A stretch of DNA of 63,987 nucleotides, filler included, from an uncultured bacterium (GTDB lineage Bacteria; Hinthialibacterota; Hinthialibacteria; Hinthialibacterales; Hinthialibacteraceae): NCBI GenBank assembly GCA_964449065.1. It is 4 parts of 4 records of this genome, joined end to end, with 100 filler letters (N's around TTAATTAATTAA, not from the genome) between each part and the next. Parts side by side here need not be neighbours in the genome. Positions count along the whole stretch, not along the records: positions 1 to 16,408 come from CAYVAZ010000086.1; positions 16,509 to 32,882 come from CAYVAZ010000087.1; 2 more parts are not named here. One strand, given 5' to 3'. The notes beneath the pieces are model-generated. The model searched no databases. It was given only the letters and a program-made list of their open reading frames with translations, and had not been told where the DNA came from. The position numbers were made by a program, and so were the translations under genes. Positions 8,932 to 19,046 of the stretch are shown piece after piece; within the stretch, counting starts at the first letter, position 1; the number at the start of each line of letters is the position of its first letter.

Positions 8932-10428
8932 ATGAAGGGTATTATTGAAATCACACTGGTTGCGATGGTATTGGCGGTTGAGACCACCGGATGGGGACTT
9001 CCGGTATTAGAGGATTTGATTGAGAAGAATGAGAAACTGGAAATTTTTACCGGCAAATCAAAGATGCTGAATTTGCGTTCGCCGGCTGAGCGGGTATCGG
9101 TTGTGGAACCCGGCACGGCGGATGTACAGATATTGGAGCCGCAGCAGATTATGGTTTCGGGACGAAATGTGGGCGAAACCAGTTTGGTGATTTGGATGCA
9201 GGACGGCAGCACGCGCACGCTGGATGTTTCCGTGCAATGGAATATTGAGCAAATCGAAACGGTGTTAAACGTGGTGATGCCGAATGAACCGATTGAGGTG
9301 ATTTCGCTGGATCAGGGGATCGCGTTAAAGGGTTCTGTCAGCAGCATTGGATTGGCAGAGCAAGCGGTGGAAATTGCCAAATCGTTTTCTCCCAGCGTGA
9401 TTAACTTAATGGAAGTGCCGGGGCTGAATCAAGTGTTGTTGAAGGTGAAGATTGCCGAAGTGGCGCGCTCGTTTGGTGATGAGTTTGGTATTGATATGCG
9501 GTTTAACAATGATTCCGTGTTTGCCGGCTCACTCATGGGTGATGTGATTACCGGGGAATTGGACGGGGGAGAAGTGAATGTAAGCGATGCCGCAACAATG
9601 TTATTCGGGTTCCCCAATGCTAACTTTGACGCCTTTTTCCGCGCGCTGCAAGAAAAAGGGCTGCTGTATATTATGGCCGAGCCGAATTTGGTCGCGCGCA
9701 GCGGAGAGACCGCCAGTTTTTTGTCGGGCGGCGAGTTTCCGATCCCAATCGTGCAGGATGGGATCAACCAATCGATTACGATTGAATACAAAGAGTTCGG
9801 GGTGAAGTTGGAGTTTACCCCAACTGTTACTGCCCCCACAACGGTACAAATGGATATCTCACCGGAAGTCAGCGATTTGGACTTCTCACGCGGGGTGACC
9901 ATCAGCGGGTTTACCGTACCGATTATTACTACGCGGCGCGCATCAACATCGGTCAAGTTGGATCATGGGCAAACCTTTGCGATTGCCGGATTGATTGATA
10001 CCAAAAAGCAGCATACCAACCGCAAGATTCCGTATGTCGGCAGCATACCGGTATTCGGGAATCTGTTCCGGTCGAAGAATTTGTCGGAAGTGGAGACGGA
10101 GCTGCTGATTATGGTAACGCCGTATTTGATTGCGCCCTCGGACAGCCAAGAAGAATTTACCATGCCTACCGAAGTGTATGACCATGAGAAGGCGTTAAAA
10201 GAATTGCAAAAGGAAACGAAGAAAGAACAAAAACCGCTGCCGGAACCCACAAAAACACAAACAGTGAATCCGGTTAACGTCAGCAGTCATACGCTTCCGC
10301 AACCGAAAGTCAAACAGTTGCAGACGCATTCTGAAAACCGAAAAAAGAATGGAAATCAACGGGAACAGGAATGGATGGATCCCGGCCAGTTTGAAGGTGG
10401 CGGGGTTTATTCCACCAAAGCGAAATAG
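8932..10428 (+). CDS. cpaC: Tad secretin CpaC/RcpA
   Basis: QVLLKVKIAEV, AEPNLVARSGETASFLSGGEFPIP, EYKEFGVKL, ELLIMVTPY. Confidence 0.93.
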   Translation: MKGIIEITLVAMVLAVETTGWGLPVLEDLIEKNEKLEIFTGKSKMLNLRSPAERVSVVEPGTADVQILEPQQIMVSGRNVGETSLVIWMQDGSTRTLDVSVQWNIEQIETVLNVVMPNEPIEVISLDQGIALKGSVSSIGLAEQAVEIAKSFSPSVINLMEVPGLNQVLLKVKIAEVARSFGDEFGIDMRFNNDSVFAGSLMGDVITGELDGGEVNVSDAATMLFGFPNANFDAFFRALQEKGLLYIMAEPNLVARSGETASFLSGGEFPIPIVQDGINQSITIEYKEFGVKLEFTPTVTAPTTVQMDISPEVSDLDFSRGVTISGFTVPIITTRRASTSVKLDHGQTFAIAGLIDTKKQHTNRKIPYVGSIPVFGNLFRSKNLSEVETELLIMVTPYLIAPSDSQEEFTMPTEVYDHEKALKELQKETKKEQKPLPEPTKTQTVNPVNVSSHTLPQPKVKQLQTHSENRKKNGNQREQEWMDPGQFEGGGVYSTKAK

Positions 10429-10456
10429 CGGATTATTTTAGGGTATGGGGAGTACT

Positions 10457-10491
10457 TCCCCTCCCCTCTTATCCTCTCCCAGGGAGAGGAC
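10457..10491. repeat. BoxC-like C-rich/G-rich palindromic repeat
   Basis: CCCCTCCCCTCTTATCCTCTCCCAGGGAGAGGA with TCCTCTCCC/GGGAGAGGA stem. Confidence 0.5.
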
Positions 10492-10556
10492 GATAGATAA
10501 AAGGAATGATCAGAAGCGTGTTGGCATCTTATAGGAATTCGTTTATGGAGAGCATC

Positions 10557-11876
10557 ATGAGAGAACAATATATGAGTAAACTATATAACAGCGAACAACA
10601 TCCGGACAAACGTGGATCGATTTTGCCGCTGGTGGCGGTTTCGATGTCCATCCTATTTCTCATGCTGGCGATTGTGGTTGATTTGGGGTGGGTGTATTTA
10701 GCCAAAAATCAGCTGCAGAACACAGCGGATGCCTCGGCGCTGGCTTCGGCGCGGGAATTGATTGATGAAGATGCCATCAGCGGGAATCCAAACCAAAGCG
10801 ATGATATCGCCGATACACGGGATATCGCGCAACTGTATTCATCCATCAATCAGGCCGCGAACCGGTTTATTCAGTTGGACCGCAACGATGCCAACGCGGA
10901 TAACGGGGATATCGTGGTTGGGTATGTAGAAGAGCCAAACAATTACGCCAGCACATTCGAGACATCGAGTGTCCCGGTGTACAACTCGGTTAAGGTTACG
11001 GCACGGTTATCTCAAGTGATTAACGGGCCTTTGGGATTGTTCTTCGGGTCATTTACGGGAACGGATTCGATTGAGATGTCCGCGCAAACCATTGCAAGTA
11101 TTGAAGACCGGATTATCGGGTTTGAATTTCCCGCCGGCGCCGGTGGGTCAGGCGGTTCCGGCGGTGGCGGTTCCGGCGGTGAAGGAGTCTATATTGAAGG
11201 AAGCGATACCATCGGTATTTTGCCATTCACGGTGTACATCGATTATTGGAAAGTGTTAACCGATGGGGAAAACTATGATTCCTCTTTGTCTTGCCCACCA
11301 GAGCTGGATGAAGACCACTTTAAGTACAACGAGACAACCGGACAGGTGCAGTATTGCGCCAGCGATGGGATTCCGGAAGTAAATATGTATCCGTTTAAAG
11401 AGCAGGTTTGCACCGTGCCCGATTTGCCGGGAAACTTTGGGACGATAGACATTGGGCCTTCGAACAACTCGACAGCCGATTTGGTGCGGCAAATAGAAGA
11501 AGGCGTGAACCAGGCCGATTTGGACGCGATCGGGGGCTTGATTTTGGAGAATGACGGATCGGGTACCTATTTCAAATGGCTGAACGGCGATACCGGAGTC
11601 AGCAACGGCATCAAAAGCGCCTTGCAAAGCATTATCGGCGAACCGCGTATTTTGCCGTTGTTTGATCAAGCATACGGCAATGGAAATAACACCAATTACC
11701 GCATAGTAGAATTCGTCGCGGTGCGGATTATGGATGTGAAACTTACCGGGTCACTCCACAAACGCAAAGTGGTTGTGCAGCCTTGCCAAATCATGTCGGA
11801 ACATGCTGTGATCGACCCGAACGCGCCGGGCAACGGGCATATTTTTACGATGGGGATTACGTCGTATACCCAGTAG
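10557..11876 (+). CDS. tadG: TadG-like pilus assembly protein
   Basis: RGSILPLVA..VDLG..QLQNTADASALA Tad N-terminus; Gly-rich linker; GGAG before ATG 10557. Confidence 0.82.
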   Translation: MREQYMSKLYNSEQHPDKRGSILPLVAVSMSILFLMLAIVVDLGWVYLAKNQLQNTADASALASARELIDEDAISGNPNQSDDIADTRDIAQLYSSINQAANRFIQLDRNDANADNGDIVVGYVEEPNNYASTFETSSVPVYNSVKVTARLSQVINGPLGLFFGSFTGTDSIEMSAQTIASIEDRIIGFEFPAGAGGSGGSGGGGSGGEGVYIEGSDTIGILPFTVYIDYWKVLTDGENYDSSLSCPPELDEDHFKYNETTGQVQYCASDGIPEVNMYPFKEQVCTVPDLPGNFGTIDIGPSNNSTADLVRQIEEGVNQADLDAIGGLILENDGSGTYFKWLNGDTGVSNGIKSALQSIIGEPRILPLFDQAYGNGNNTNYRIVEFVAVRIMDVKLTGSLHKRKVVVQPCQIMSEHAVIDPNAPGNGHIFTMGITSYTQ

Positions 11877-11886
11877 AAAGACGCAG

Positions 11887-13107
11887 GTGAATGAGATGAA
11901 GAAACTGATTCTTGCGGATAGCGATCATGATGAACTGGTCATCACCAAATCGGTGATTGGTACGATGGAGAATATCGATATTGTGGGGGATACCACTTCA
12001 TATTCGCTGCTGCCTTCCATGATGGAACGCCACCGGCCGAATTATGTGCTGTTGGCGATGCGGTATGATGTTGCGGAAACCGTGGAAGCCATTGGAACTA
12101 TTGCGGAACGTTCGAATCCATGCCATGTGATTGTGTTGAGCGATCAGCCGGACGCGAACGATGTGCTGCAATGCTTCCGCGCGGGGGCGTCGGAATTTAT
12201 ATCGACTCCATTGGATACAGAGGAACTGTCAGAAATATTCAGCCGGTTGGAACAAAAACAAATGTCCGCGCAACCGGCTCCCAAGCAAGAGGCCAACGGC
12301 AAGGTGGTTGCGGTTTGCGGCGTCCGCGGGGGCAGCGGTGCGACAACAGTGGCTGTGAACTTGGCGGATCAACTCTCATTGCAAGCCAAAACCGCGTTGG
12401 TGGATTTCCATTTCGGGCAGGGTGATCTTTGCGTGTTTCTCAATATCACTCCAAACATTACGCTAGCGGACATCCAGCAAACCAGCGAACCGCTGGATGA
12501 GGCTTTGATTGAAAGCGCCACAATTAAGAAATCGGAAACCCTTCAGCTATTGCTGCAAAGACCGGATAACGCGGATCAACGCTGGCATGTGGATGATCTG
12601 GAAAAACTTTTGAATACGCTTCGGCATCAGTATGAATATGTTGTGATCGATTGCGGCACTGATCTTCAATTCCTGCAGGGATTGCAGGAGCAGATTTATC
12701 TTTGCCTTTTGGTGATGAAGCAGGATATTTCTTCTTTAAGCCTGGCACGGGTGAAATTGGATCAACTCAAACAGTTGCAGATGGAAAACGAAAATGTCTC
12801 ACTTCTGATTAACGCGTTTTCGAAAACGAACGTTATCACGCACACCCGTATCGCGAAGGTGTTGAAGCAAGTGGAATTTGATTCCATCCGTGAAGATGAA
12901 AAGAAGGCGCTTTCCGCGATGAACCGGGGCATTCCGCTGCGGGAAGTCAGCCGGTGGGGCGGGGCCTTGCGCGATATCCGCAAGTTGGCGGAACGGATAA
13001 CAGGCAAACCCATTCCCAAAGAAACAGTCAAGGAAACTGTAGTGCAAGATACCGTTGAATTGAAACCTTTGGCTGTTCTGAATCAAACGGCCGAACCTGC
13101 AATGTGA
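11887..13107 (+). CDS. cpaE: CpaE/TadZ (atypical receiver + MinD-like ATPase)
   Basis: Receiver-like N-terminus (RAGASEF), GVRGGSGATTVAVNLA, YEYVVIDCG. Confidence 0.88.
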   Translation: MNEMKKLILADSDHDELVITKSVIGTMENIDIVGDTTSYSLLPSMMERHRPNYVLLAMRYDVAETVEAIGTIAERSNPCHVIVLSDQPDANDVLQCFRAGASEFISTPLDTEELSEIFSRLEQKQMSAQPAPKQEANGKVVAVCGVRGGSGATTVAVNLADQLSLQAKTALVDFHFGQGDLCVFLNITPNITLADIQQTSEPLDEALIESATIKKSETLQLLLQRPDNADQRWHVDDLEKLLNTLRHQYEYVVIDCGTDLQFLQGLQEQIYLCLLVMKQDISSLSLARVKLDQLKQLQMENENVSLLINAFSKTNVITHTRIAKVLKQVEFDSIREDEKKALSAMNRGIPLREVSRWGGALRDIRKLAERITGKPIPKETVKETVVQDTVELKPLAVLNQTAEPAM

Positions 13108-13119
13108 GGGAGGAAAATC

Positions 13120-14466
13120 ATGACCATCGCACCTACTAAGCCTATAAACGGAACACAAAAGGTTTCAAAAGAAGACCGCCGCAAACTGCTGCAAACGGTG
13201 AAGGCCAATGTACACCGCCAGCTGATTGACCGGTTGGATTTGGGACAGATCAATGAAAACAATATGGACGAGGTAAAGCAGGAAGTCCGTCCCTTGATTA
13301 TGGAGTTGATTGCCGGGTACGGATTGCCGCTGAGCGGACAGGAACGCAACCTGGTGGCGGAAGAGGTGATCGATGAGGTCTTCGGGTTCGGCCCGTTGGA
13401 GCCGTTGCTGAAAGATTTAAGCATTTCGGATATTTTGATCAACAGCAGCCAGGAAGTTTATATTGAGAAGATGGGCAAACTGCAGCGTGCCAGCATGACA
13501 TTTCGGGATGATAAACACCTCTTGCAGATTATTGACCGGATTGTCTCCCGCATCGGCCGGCGGATTGATGAAACCTCGCCGATGGTGGATGCGCGGCTGC
13601 CGGATGGGTCGCGGGTGAACGCCATTATCCCGCCGCTGGCATTAAACGGGCCGGCAATGTCGATCCGGCGGTTCGGCGCCAATCCGCTCAAGATCAATGA
13701 CTTGATTGAGTTTGGGGCTTTGACTCCGGAAATGATCGAGTTTTTGGAGGGAGCCGTTCGGTCGAAATTAAACATCATTATTTCCGGTGGTACGGGATCT
13801 GGGAAAACCACACTCTTAAATATTCTCACAGCGTTTATCCCGCGCAATGAGCGGATTATTACGATAGAAGATTCCGCGGAATTGATCATCCAGCAGCCGC
13901 ATGTCGTACGGCTTGAGACACGGCCCGCGAATATCGAAGGACACGGCTCGGTAACGCAGCGTGACCTGTTGTTTAACACGCTGCGGATGCGGCCGGACCG
14001 GATTATTTTGGGGGAAACACGCGGGCCGGAAGCGCTGGATATGCTGCAAGCCATGAACACCGGGCATGAGGGATCACTGACAACCATTCACGCCAACAAT
14101 CCGCGCGACGCGATGAGCCGGATCGAAATGATGGTTTCGCTGAGCGGGGTGGAGATTCCGGTGAAGGTGGTGCGGCAGCAAATCGCCTCCGCGGTGGATG
14201 TGATTGTGCAGGCTTCACGGCTAATCGACGGCAAACGGCGTGTGCTTTCCATCTCTGAAATCACCGGTATGGAAGGCGATGTGCTGAGCATGCAGGAAAT
14301 CTTTAAATTCAAACAAGAAACGGTGGATCAAAAAGGCAATGTGCACGGCAGCTTTATGGCGTGCGGTGTGCGGCCGCAGTGCATGAGCAAGTTGGAAGCG
14401 GGCGGCATTCAACTGCCGCAAAATCTGTTTGAACCGCGTGTGATGAAGAAGGTGGGAGGCGCGTAA
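13120..14466 (+). CDS. cpaF: CpaF/TadA pilus ATPase
   Basis: [34 protein letters not shown]. Confidence 0.96.
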   Translation: MTIAPTKPINGTQKVSKEDRRKLLQTVKANVHRQLIDRLDLGQINENNMDEVKQEVRPLIMELIAGYGLPLSGQERNLVAEEVIDEVFGFGPLEPLLKDLSISDILINSSQEVYIEKMGKLQRASMTFRDDKHLLQIIDRIVSRIGRRIDETSPMVDARLPDGSRVNAIIPPLALNGPAMSIRRFGANPLKINDLIEFGALTPEMIEFLEGAVRSKLNIIISGGTGSGKTTLLNILTAFIPRNERIITIEDSAELIIQQPHVVRLETRPANIEGHGSVTQRDLLFNTLRMRPDRIILGETRGPEALDMLQAMNTGHEGSLTTIHANNPRDAMSRIEMMVSLSGVEIPVKVVRQQIASAVDVIVQASRLIDGKRRVLSISEITGMEGDVLSMQEIFKFKQETVDQKGNVHGSFMACGVRPQCMSKLEAGGIQLPQNLFEPRVMKKVGGA

Positions 14467-15428
14467 TGGAAAATCATTTGCTGGAAATCACTGTCTTTGT
14501 ATGCACCGCGATTTTTGTATTCGCGTTTGGGTATGTGATGTTTTCGATGTTTGTTTCGGATGAAGCGAAGGTACGAAAACGCTTTGACGCAATGCTCAAG
14601 GGGACGAATAAGGATTTTCAAAATGAAGCACGGCGGATTTTGAAAAAAGACAAAAAGGAAGAAACCTTCTTGCAAAATATCCCCATCATTACGGGCTTGC
14701 CGTTACTGTTTATTCAAGCCGGGATGAAAGTCAGCGTGAAGCCGTGGTGTGTTTGGACTGTGTGTTTTGGTTTCGCGGCCGCGGTTGGTGTGCTTTTGAT
14801 TACCGGAAGTGTCTTATTTACAATCGCCGCGGGTTTCGGTGCCATGCTTTTGCGCTATTGGATGGTGCTGCAAAAACGCAACCGCAGAGTCAAACTGTTT
14901 GAAGCAAACCTGGCGCAGTCGCTGGATGTGCTGAGCCGCTCGCTGCGCGCGGGGCATCCGCTGCCGGTGGGGATGCAGATGGTTTCCAAAGAAATGCCCG
15001 CCCCGCTGAGCACCGAGTTCGGGCAGGTGTTTCATGAACAGCAAATGGGCCTGCCGATTGAAGACTCGCTGAAAGATATGGCCAAACGTGTGCCGCTAAT
15101 GGATTTACGCTTTTTTGTGTTGACGGTTCTCATTCACCGGCAGACGGGCGGCGATCTTTCGGAAGTGCTGGATAATCTTTCGAATGTAATCCGCGACCGC
15201 TTTAAGGTCTTGGGGCAGGTAAAGGCTCTAACAGCGGAGGGAAGGCTTTCCGGCTGGGTTTTGGGAATCTTACCCTTTTTTGTGTTCTTCATCATTCAGT
15301 TTATCAATCCGGGGTATACCCGTGTTTTGTTTGAGCATGAATTGGGAATTAAGTTGGTCTATACCGCGTTAACGTTTGAGGCGTTGGGTGTGTTGTTCAT
15401 CCGAAAAATTGTGGATATAAAGGTATAA
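14466..15428 (+). CDS. tadB: TadB inner-membrane platform protein
   Basis: SLRAGHPL, QTGGDLSEVL, VKALTAEGRLSG. Confidence 0.92.
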   Translation: MENHLLEITVFVCTAIFVFAFGYVMFSMFVSDEAKVRKRFDAMLKGTNKDFQNEARRILKKDKKEETFLQNIPIITGLPLLFIQAGMKVSVKPWCVWTVCFGFAAAVGVLLITGSVLFTIAAGFGAMLLRYWMVLQKRNRRVKLFEANLAQSLDVLSRSLRAGHPLPVGMQMVSKEMPAPLSTEFGQVFHEQQMGLPIEDSLKDMAKRVPLMDLRFFVLTVLIHRQTGGDLSEVLDNLSNVIRDRFKVLGQVKALTAEGRLSGWVLGILPFFVFFIIQFINPGYTRVLFEHELGIKLVYTALTFEALGVLFIRKIVDIKV

Positions 15429-15432
15429 AATC

Positions 15433-16341
15433 ATGATCCTAATCGCGCTTTGTTCATTTACAGCCGTCTTTTTATTGGTGATGGCCGCCAGCGCTTTGAT
15501 GGGCTATATGGCGGATCCGGTGGAGCAGCGCGTTCAATCGATTGCGAAACAGCAGCAAGGCGTCGTGCGGGTGAACAGCAAAACCAGATCGATGCGAAAT
15601 ACGTTTTCAAAGATCGGGCGCTCGGTGGCTCCAACCAAAGAAAACGAAATCAGCGAGACCAAACAAAAACTGCAACACGCGGGCTATTATAACGATTCGG
15701 CGTTTCACATATATTGGGGCGTGCGAATTTGCTTGACGCTGCTGCTGCCGGTGGTGTTCTTGTTGATGCTGCCTCTTGCCGGTATCAAAATTCCCGCGGT
15801 ATATGTGATTCTGTTTACCGCCGGGATCGGCTTTATGGCGGCGGATGTGTTTTTGTGGTGGAAGAAGAACCGGCGGCAGGATCAGATATTTCGGGGATTG
15901 CCGGACGCGCTGGATTTGTTGGTCGTGTGTTTGGAATCGGGATTGGGTCTTGATGCGTCGCTGCAAAAAGTAAGTGAAGAGTTTCATATCTCCAATCCGG
16001 ATTTAAGTGAAGAACTGCGGATGACTTGTACATCCATCCGGTTGGGACAGGCGCGCAATGAAGCGCTGCACGATTTGGGCGAACGCACCGGGGTGATGGA
16101 TTTGAAAACATTGGTCGCGGTGTTGGTGCAGGCCGACCGCTTTGGAACCAGCTCGGCGGACGCGCTGCGGGTACACGCACAGGATATGCGGACCCGCAGA
16201 AGGCAGCGCGCGGAAGAAATGGCGGCGAAGACAACCGTGAAACTGATTTTTCCGCTGGTCGTGTTTATCTTCCCATCGATTTTTGTGGTGTTGGGCGGCC
16301 CTGCCGTAATTCGGATTATGGAAGCATTTATAAAAAACTAG
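15433..16341 (+). CDS. tadC: TadC inner-membrane platform protein
   Basis: LPDALDLLVVCLESGLGL, QADRFGT, RRQRAEEMAAK..KLIFPL. Confidence 0.93.
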   Translation: MILIALCSFTAVFLLVMAASALMGYMADPVEQRVQSIAKQQQGVVRVNSKTRSMRNTFSKIGRSVAPTKENEISETKQKLQHAGYYNDSAFHIYWGVRICLTLLLPVVFLLMLPLAGIKIPAVYVILFTAGIGFMAADVFLWWKKNRRQDQIFRGLPDALDLLVVCLESGLGLDASLQKVSEEFHISNPDLSEELRMTCTSIRLGQARNEALHDLGERTGVMDLKTLVAVLVQADRFGTSSADALRVHAQDMRTRRRQRAEEMAAKTTVKLIFPLVVFIFPSIFVVLGGPAVIRIMEAFIKN

Positions 16342-16408
16342 TAGTCTATCAACAATGAAATGATGGTAGGTGGATGCATACCCCCATTGTTAAGGAGTCT
16401 GTCGTTGT
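16338..16408. mobile_element. Family A element starting at the tadC stop codon, cut by contig end
   Basis: CTAGTAGTCTATCAACAATGAAATGATGG resembles CTAGTAGTCTGTCAATCAAAAAATGACGG at 34134. Confidence 0.6.
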
Positions 16409-16508
16409 NNNNNNNNNNNNNNNNNNNNNNNNNNNNNNNNNNNNNNNNNNNNTTAATTAATTAANNNNNNNNNNNNNNNNNNNNNNNNNNNNNNNNNNNN
16501 NNNNNNNN
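16409..16508. other. Artificial contig spacer
   Basis: 44 N + TTAATTAATTAA (stops in all frames) + 44 N. Confidence 0.98.
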
Positions 16509-16620
16509 CCTTAACAAGCTAATCTTTACCCACAACAATTATCAGCGTGTTGCCCTGTGTTATGTCAGAGTTACCATTTGGAGCGTTTTTTATTTATAGA
16601 GGTGTTGCCAAAAATACGAT

Positions 16621-16669
16621 AGGATTGGAATGAAGCGTACTTCCGGCTCGTCGGGAGACTCGCCCTCCC
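16621..16669. repeat. Family C ~50-bp REP-like unit
   Basis: AGGATTGGAATGAAGCGTACTTCCGGCTCGTCGGGAGACTCGCCCTCCC; homologs at 46823-46871 and (inverted) 58230-58277. Confidence 0.7.
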
Positions 16670-16730
16670 AAAAAATATTGTTTGGACAATTTTTTTCGAG
16701 CATATTTACATTGAGTTGTATGGATTGACG

Positions 16731-16757
16731 CACTGGCTGGAAGCCGGTGCTACCCAC
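16731..16757. repeat. Family D REP-like unit
   Basis: Reverse strand GTGGGTAGCACCGGCTTCCAGCCAGTG; homologs 18634-18657, 21691-21723, 46915-46948. Confidence 0.65.
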
Positions 16758-16827
16758 AATGAACATAATGAATATAATGAACATATCGTTGGTGAATGCT
16801 TTACTGAACTTTTTGGGTAAACCTAAG

Positions 16828-16899
16828 ATTGCATTGGGGGAGGAATGAGAAAATCGATTCGATTTTTTGAAAATGCACTTCATATCGCTGACCTGTTAC
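16828..16899. mobile_element. Partial family B MITE (right half)
   Basis: Near-identical to 42252-42323; ends in CTGACCTGTTAC. Confidence 0.8.
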
Positions 16900-16906
16900 A
16901 TTTGAC

Positions 16907-17161
16907 GTAATCAATTTCTACACGGCAAAATATACCAAGATTCACAGCGGCTATATGGGGCAGCTCATCGAATGGCCGGAAGTGGATATGGAAGGCGAGA
17001 GTCTGGAAGACTGCCGTGCCATGCTGCAAGATGCGTTAAGAGAAATGATTGCCGCCTATCAACAACAAAAGAATGAGATTCCAATCAAACGCAATAAAAC
17101 CTTTGACCGGATCGAGGCAAATCAATTATGCAAACAGGCTGATTTAAATCCAAAATTCTAA
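16907..17161 (+). pseudogene. hicB: HicB antitoxin relic fused to a HicA-like C-terminal fragment
   Basis: Frame reads FYTAKYTKIHSGYMGQLIEWPEV..EG..LEDCRAMLQDAL (HicB) with no ATG at the expected start; tail DRIEANQLCKQADL resembles a HicA C-terminus. Confidence 0.6.
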
Positions 17162-17189
17162 AACAAATACACTTACGGGGAGACTTACC

Positions 17190-18584
17190 ATGAAACATCT
17201 CTACACGCTAATTACAATCTTGTGCACACTTCAACTCAACACCGCGCTGGCGGATGACCACCGCATTCAGCCCTCGGATGAGAACCCCTACTACTGGCAA
17301 TACAACGGTGAAACGGTTCTGCTGTTGGGCGGCACCGATGATGACAATCTCTTTCAATGGCCGAATATTGAAGGGCAGTTGGATTTACTCGCTTCGGTCG
17401 GCGGGAACTACATCCGCAACACCATGTCAGACCGGCAGGATAAGAGTTTTGAATTGTATCCGTTCAAGCAACTCGATGACGGCAAGTATGACCTCAATCA
17501 ATGGAACGAAGCGTATTGGCAGCGCTTTGAAACCATGCTGCGGGAAACCGGCGAACGTGATATCATCGTGCAGATAGAGGTGTGGGACCGCTTCGATTAT
17601 TCGCGTGATAACTGGCCGCCGCATCCCTACAATCCCAAAAACAACATCAACTACACGCAGGAAGAATCCGGCCTGAAAGCGGAATACCCCAAACACCCCG
17701 GCGCGAATGAGCAACCTTTCTTTTTTACCTCCCCCAAACAGCAAAACAACCAAACCGTACTGCAATACCAGCAAACGTTTGTCAACAAGATGTTGGATCA
17801 TTCGCTGGAGTATCCAAACGTGCTGTACTGCATGGATAACGAGACCTCCGGTGAAGAAGCCTGGGCGGTGTATTGGGCGGAATTTATCCGTAAACGCGCG
17901 CGGGAAGAAGGCAAACATGTGAACATTACCGAGATGTGGGATGCCTGGAATTTGCGGGAAGAAGAACACCGGCGCACGCTGGACCATCCCGAACGCTTTG
18001 ATTTTGTGGATGTCTCGCAAAACAACCACCAGCGCGACCAAACTCATTGGGAAAATTTTCTGTGGGTGCGCGATTATATCAAAGACCGGCCCCGTCCCAT
18101 CAACAGCGTAAAGATCTATGCGGCCGACGGCGGGCGGCACGGCGGCGGTGACCGAGACGCGGTGGAAAAAATGTGGCGCTTAATTTTGGCCGGAGCGGCA
18201 TCCGCGCGCTTTCATCGGCCCACTTCCGGCATCGGTTTGAGTGACTTGGCGCAAACGCAACTCAAAAGCGCGCGCATGTTTTTAGAAAAAATCGATCTGT
18301 TTAACGCCGTCCCGGATGCGGAATATAAACTGCTCTCAAACCGCGAAGATGATGAGGCTTATCTCGCATACATCGAAGGCGAACAATACGGCTTGTTCTT
18401 TACGAATGGTGGAGAGGTCACACTTAATCTAACGGATGCGCCGGGTGAGTTTGAACTGACGTGGCTGAACATTATGAGCAGCCGCTGGCTGGAAAGTGAA
18501 ACCATTGAAGGCGGCAAAAATGTAAAGATAAAAGCACCGAAAGCAATCGGCTATTGGGCGGCGGTTCTGGATAAAAAAGAGTGA
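17190..18584 (+). CDS. Secreted glycoside-hydrolase-like protein (DUF4038/DUF6298-type) with C-terminal beta domain
   Basis: Signal peptide, ENPYYWQYNGE, YCMDNET acid/base-like motif, C-terminal collagen-binding-like domain. Confidence 0.6.
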   Translation: MKHLYTLITILCTLQLNTALADDHRIQPSDENPYYWQYNGETVLLLGGTDDDNLFQWPNIEGQLDLLASVGGNYIRNTMSDRQDKSFELYPFKQLDDGKYDLNQWNEAYWQRFETMLRETGERDIIVQIEVWDRFDYSRDNWPPHPYNPKNNINYTQEESGLKAEYPKHPGANEQPFFFTSPKQQNNQTVLQYQQTFVNKMLDHSLEYPNVLYCMDNETSGEEAWAVYWAEFIRKRAREEGKHVNITEMWDAWNLREEEHRRTLDHPERFDFVDVSQNNHQRDQTHWENFLWVRDYIKDRPRPINSVKIYAADGGRHGGGDRDAVEKMWRLILAGAASARFHRPTSGIGLSDLAQTQLKSARMFLEKIDLFNAVPDAEYKLLSNREDDEAYLAYIEGEQYGLFFTNGGEVTLNLTDAPGEFELTWLNIMSSRWLESETIEGGKNVKIKAPKAIGYWAAVLDKKE

Positions 18585-18633
18585 CGAACGACAAGTTATA
18601 CTGTTTGCAATTAAGAATGTCCGTATCAATTGC

Positions 18634-18657
18634 GTGGGGAGCATCGGCTTCCAGCTG
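18634..18657. repeat. Family D REP-like unit
   Basis: GTGGGGAGCATCGGCTTCCAGCTG. Confidence 0.6.
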
Positions 18658-19046
18658 TTAAATGTTAGCGCAGTTAGACCTCTACGCAAACTTGAACCGC
18701 TCCAGCAATTGTCAAAAATACCTTCGATATCATTTCCAATTTGGGTTAGCAGAAAACGTATGATCCCAATCGTGTTCATGGTTTTGTTCCTTTGCATTCA
18801 CCGATATCTGGATATCATCTTACTGGAATGTTATGCTGACTGTCATCTTGGCTGTAACAATTTGAACAGCTTTGCCGTCGTGGATGCAACAAAACAATAA
18901 TAAAATCCGTTGTATTTATTTTGTATTTCATACGTTTGTTGAAATAGCCGAACAAAACCTTACAAGCAAAAGTGGAAACGAATTTGCTATTACTTTGTAA
19001 GGGATTGTTCTGTGTATTGAAGCCTATAGAGAGATGGAGACCTGTC

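Noticed and set aside
11140..11182. GGC-rich tandem repeat in tadG
   Set aside because: Encodes an in-frame Gly/Ser linker; no sign of phase variation
11887..13107. Missing phospho-Asp and Walker A lysine in CpaE
   Set aside because: Normal for TadZ/CpaE proteins
13458..14087. Long antisense ORFs (also 17427-18140, 47578-48228 and others)
   Set aside because: Shadow frames of well-supported genes
16453..16464. Repeated TTAATTAATTAA motif (also 32927, 49383)
   Set aside because: Synthetic all-frame stop linker inside N gaps
16590..16883. Similar small ORFs MKCIFKKSNRF (also 42125-42307, 22469-22693)
   Set aside because: Translations of the non-coding family B MITE, not a protein family
18634..18900. 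Short ORFs on both strands upstream of glgP
   Set aside because: Begin or end in a REP unit and have no recognisable motifs
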